Shown: positions 34,983-36,862 of the stretch, piece by piece
Position numbering within the stretch: position 1 is the first letter of the stretch
How the letters are laid out: every line of letters starts with the position of its first letter
Assembly: GCF_001194135.2 (NCBI RefSeq)
Contig: NC_068999.1
Span: 48,633,549-48,670,410 of the forward strand
DNA length: 36,862 nucleotides
Source: Octopus bimaculoides
Lineage: Eukaryota
Reading direction: 5' to 3'
Notes under the pieces: model-generated
The model's input: the letters and a program-made list of their open reading frames with translations, nothing else
Told to the model about the DNA's origin: nothing
Databases searched by the model: none
Made by a program: the position numbers and the translations under genes

Positions 34983-35319
34983 ATTGAATGAAACATTGTG
35001 CATGCCATTTGGTCTTCAAGATTAAAATAAAATTACAAAAGGTTGTGAGAGCTAAGGTCTGAGACTCAAATGTCCTTCCCTCCTCTGGGGTCAAAAGTGA
35101 AACTGAACCAACTAAGCACTGCAATCTAATGAAACGCTTGTCAATTACACAATGCTCCTACTCCTTGCAGCAGTGAACTGTATCTACAATCTATGTTACT
35201 GTATTTACTCATTGTATGTCACACCCTAATTTAGTGTTAAATCTTGGTACGAGATTTTTTTTCTCCTCGTATTCAAACTTTGCCTTGTGTATAAGTTGCA
35301 CCCCAGTTTGTTCAGTTAA

Positions 35320-35539
35320 CCCTTTAGCATTTAAACCAGCCATATCCAGCCAAAATATTCTTCCGGTTTTATGTCCAAACTGGCCAGATCTGGCCTCTCA
35401 CAACAACCCTACAATATCACTCCAAAACTTAACAGTTACCTCATCGAAATCTCAAAGCTACAAAATAATGCATGATTCAGTCAAAACAATGTGAATAAAT
35501 AAGCATTACTTTTGACAGAATAATGTGAATGCTAAAGGG
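35320..35539. mobile_element. piggyBac-like MITE (220 bp)
   Basis: Perfect 12-bp TIRs CCCTTTAGCATT (35320-35331) and AATGCTAAAGGG (35528-35539); flanks TTAA and TTGA. Confidence 0.8.
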
Positions 35540-35769
35540 TTGAAACCAAGAGTAAAATAGCATGATTTGGACACAAGTAAATACGGTATCTTTCATAGCT
35601 GAGTGTTTTTTGGGGGGGCGGTTGTTTGTATTTTTTTTTTTTCGGCAAGTGAAAACAAAGTGTATGTCATCATACAACACAGTAAGGATAACTGGATGCA
35701 AATAGTCAGCCCTGTGACCGTTAATCCGAGGCTCTTAGCATTGGTCGACTTGCATCCCTGGTGTGCTTA

Positions 35770-36062
35770 TCTTTTATCTCATTTTTTACTGGTTTCACTC
35801 ATTTTACTGTGGCCATGCTGGAGCACCACCTTGAAGGCTTTAGTCACACAAATCAACCCTGTACTTGTTTTTTAAGACTGGTGCTTATTCTATCAGTCTT
35901 TGCAAAGCACTAAGTCATGGGGCTGTAAACAAACCAACACCGATGACAAGCAGTGTGGGGGGGGGACGAACACATTCACAAAGTCACACACATAGCTATA
36001 TACATTTATATGACGGGTTTCTTTCAGTTTCCATTTGCCAAATCCACTCACAAGGCTATAGT
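35770..36062 (-). mobile_element. SINE family F, head-truncated
   Basis: GGCCATGCTGGAGCACCACCTTGAAGG..CTTATTCTATC..CCAACACCGAT..TTTCTTTCAGTTTCC..AAATCCACTCACAAGGCT aligns with 20405-20823. Confidence 0.8.
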
Positions 36063-36064
36063 AT

Positions 36065-36180
36065 AAAACAAATAAGTACCAGTTACGCACCGGAGTCGAT
36101 GTAATTGACTTAATCCTTTTGTCTGTCCTTGTTTGTCCCCTCTGCGTTTAGCCCCCTGTGGGCAATGAAGAAAGAAATAT
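36065..36180 (+). mobile_element. Family A-related 3' fragment with a different tail
   Basis: AAATAAGTACCAGTTACGCACCGGAGTCGATGTAATTGACTTAA, then TGTCCTTGTTTGTCCCCTC..GCCCCCTGTGGGCAATGAAGAAAGAAATA. Confidence 0.6.
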
Positions 36181-36208
36181 TACTTTTCATTTCAAGAGGA
36201 AACTAGTA

Positions 36209-36404
36209 CAGTGCTCCTCAACCTTTTTTTTTTTCTCTTATTTGTGGTACACTTATATTCTTTTCAAAATTCAGTGTCCCGCCTGAACTAAAAATATAAG
36301 TAAAAGTATAGGGAAAAAAATTTATATTCAAGTTACACTGTGGCACACCTAACATCCTCTCGTGGGACACCAGTGTACCGTGGCATACCCATTGCAGAGC
36401 ACTG
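36209..36404. mobile_element. hAT-like MITE (196 bp)
   Basis: Ends CAGTGCTCCTCAA and TTGCAGAGCACTG (11/13 inverted match); 8-bp flanks AACTAGTA (36201-36208) and AACTAGTG (36405-36412). Confidence 0.75.
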
Positions 36405-36862
36405 AACTAGTGAATTACATTTCCATTAATAAATAATAATAATAAAAATATAAAAAACAATGCTTATTTCTTTCTTCCCCATCTAATATTTTTCATCTGA
36501 GAGTTCATCTATCTACTCTCTGATTTAGTCAAACAAATTTTTTTTTAAATTTTATTTTGATTTTTTTTCTCCCATTTTATTTATTTATTTTTTTATTTTT
36601 TTTATGCGAAGCATTTTAGCTGTGAAAAAGAAATCTGTCAGTCTTGTATTTTTATATCTCAATTACTGTTGTTGTTGTTGTTGTTATTATTGTTCTTCCA
36701 TTTTTTAATTTTTTTTTTTTTCTCTCAAAGTTATTTGTTTTAAAACTTATGTGTACATGTTGTCTTGCTAACATTTAACATTTTACAGACAAATTTGTAA
36801 TGAAATTTTCCCTTTTTTTATTTTTAAAATCAATGACAATAAGAATATAAATTAAACAATTT

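Overview
This is AT-rich, microsatellite-dense eukaryotic DNA with six N gaps. The repeat families look like those of an octopus or other coleoid cephalopod (inference from recognised repeat motifs, no database search). One host gene is well supported: a two-exon, 336-aa short-chain dehydrogenase/reductase of the RDH11-14/DHRS13 type on the + strand (join 23839..24206, 32084..32726; one 7877-bp phase-2 GT-AG intron). It has an N-terminal hydrophobic anchor and intact TGxxxGxG, NNAG and YxxxK motifs. Almost everything else is simple repeats and decayed mobile elements: several tRNA-headed SINE-like families (labels A, C, D, E and F are my own working names), two RTE-type LINE 3' fragments, a Penelope-like RT relic, three Tc1/mariner relics, and piggyBac- and hAT-type MITEs. 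Nearly all other ORFs in the track are microsatellite or antisense artefacts. I found no convincing new multi-gene system. The best leads are a bulged hairpin in the RDH intron, the RDH's single intron and divergent substrate loop, inverted SINE pairs in that intron, tail swapping among CORE-type SINEs, and a CCAAT-rich tandem array. Repeat boundaries are approximate, roughly +/-10-20 bp.
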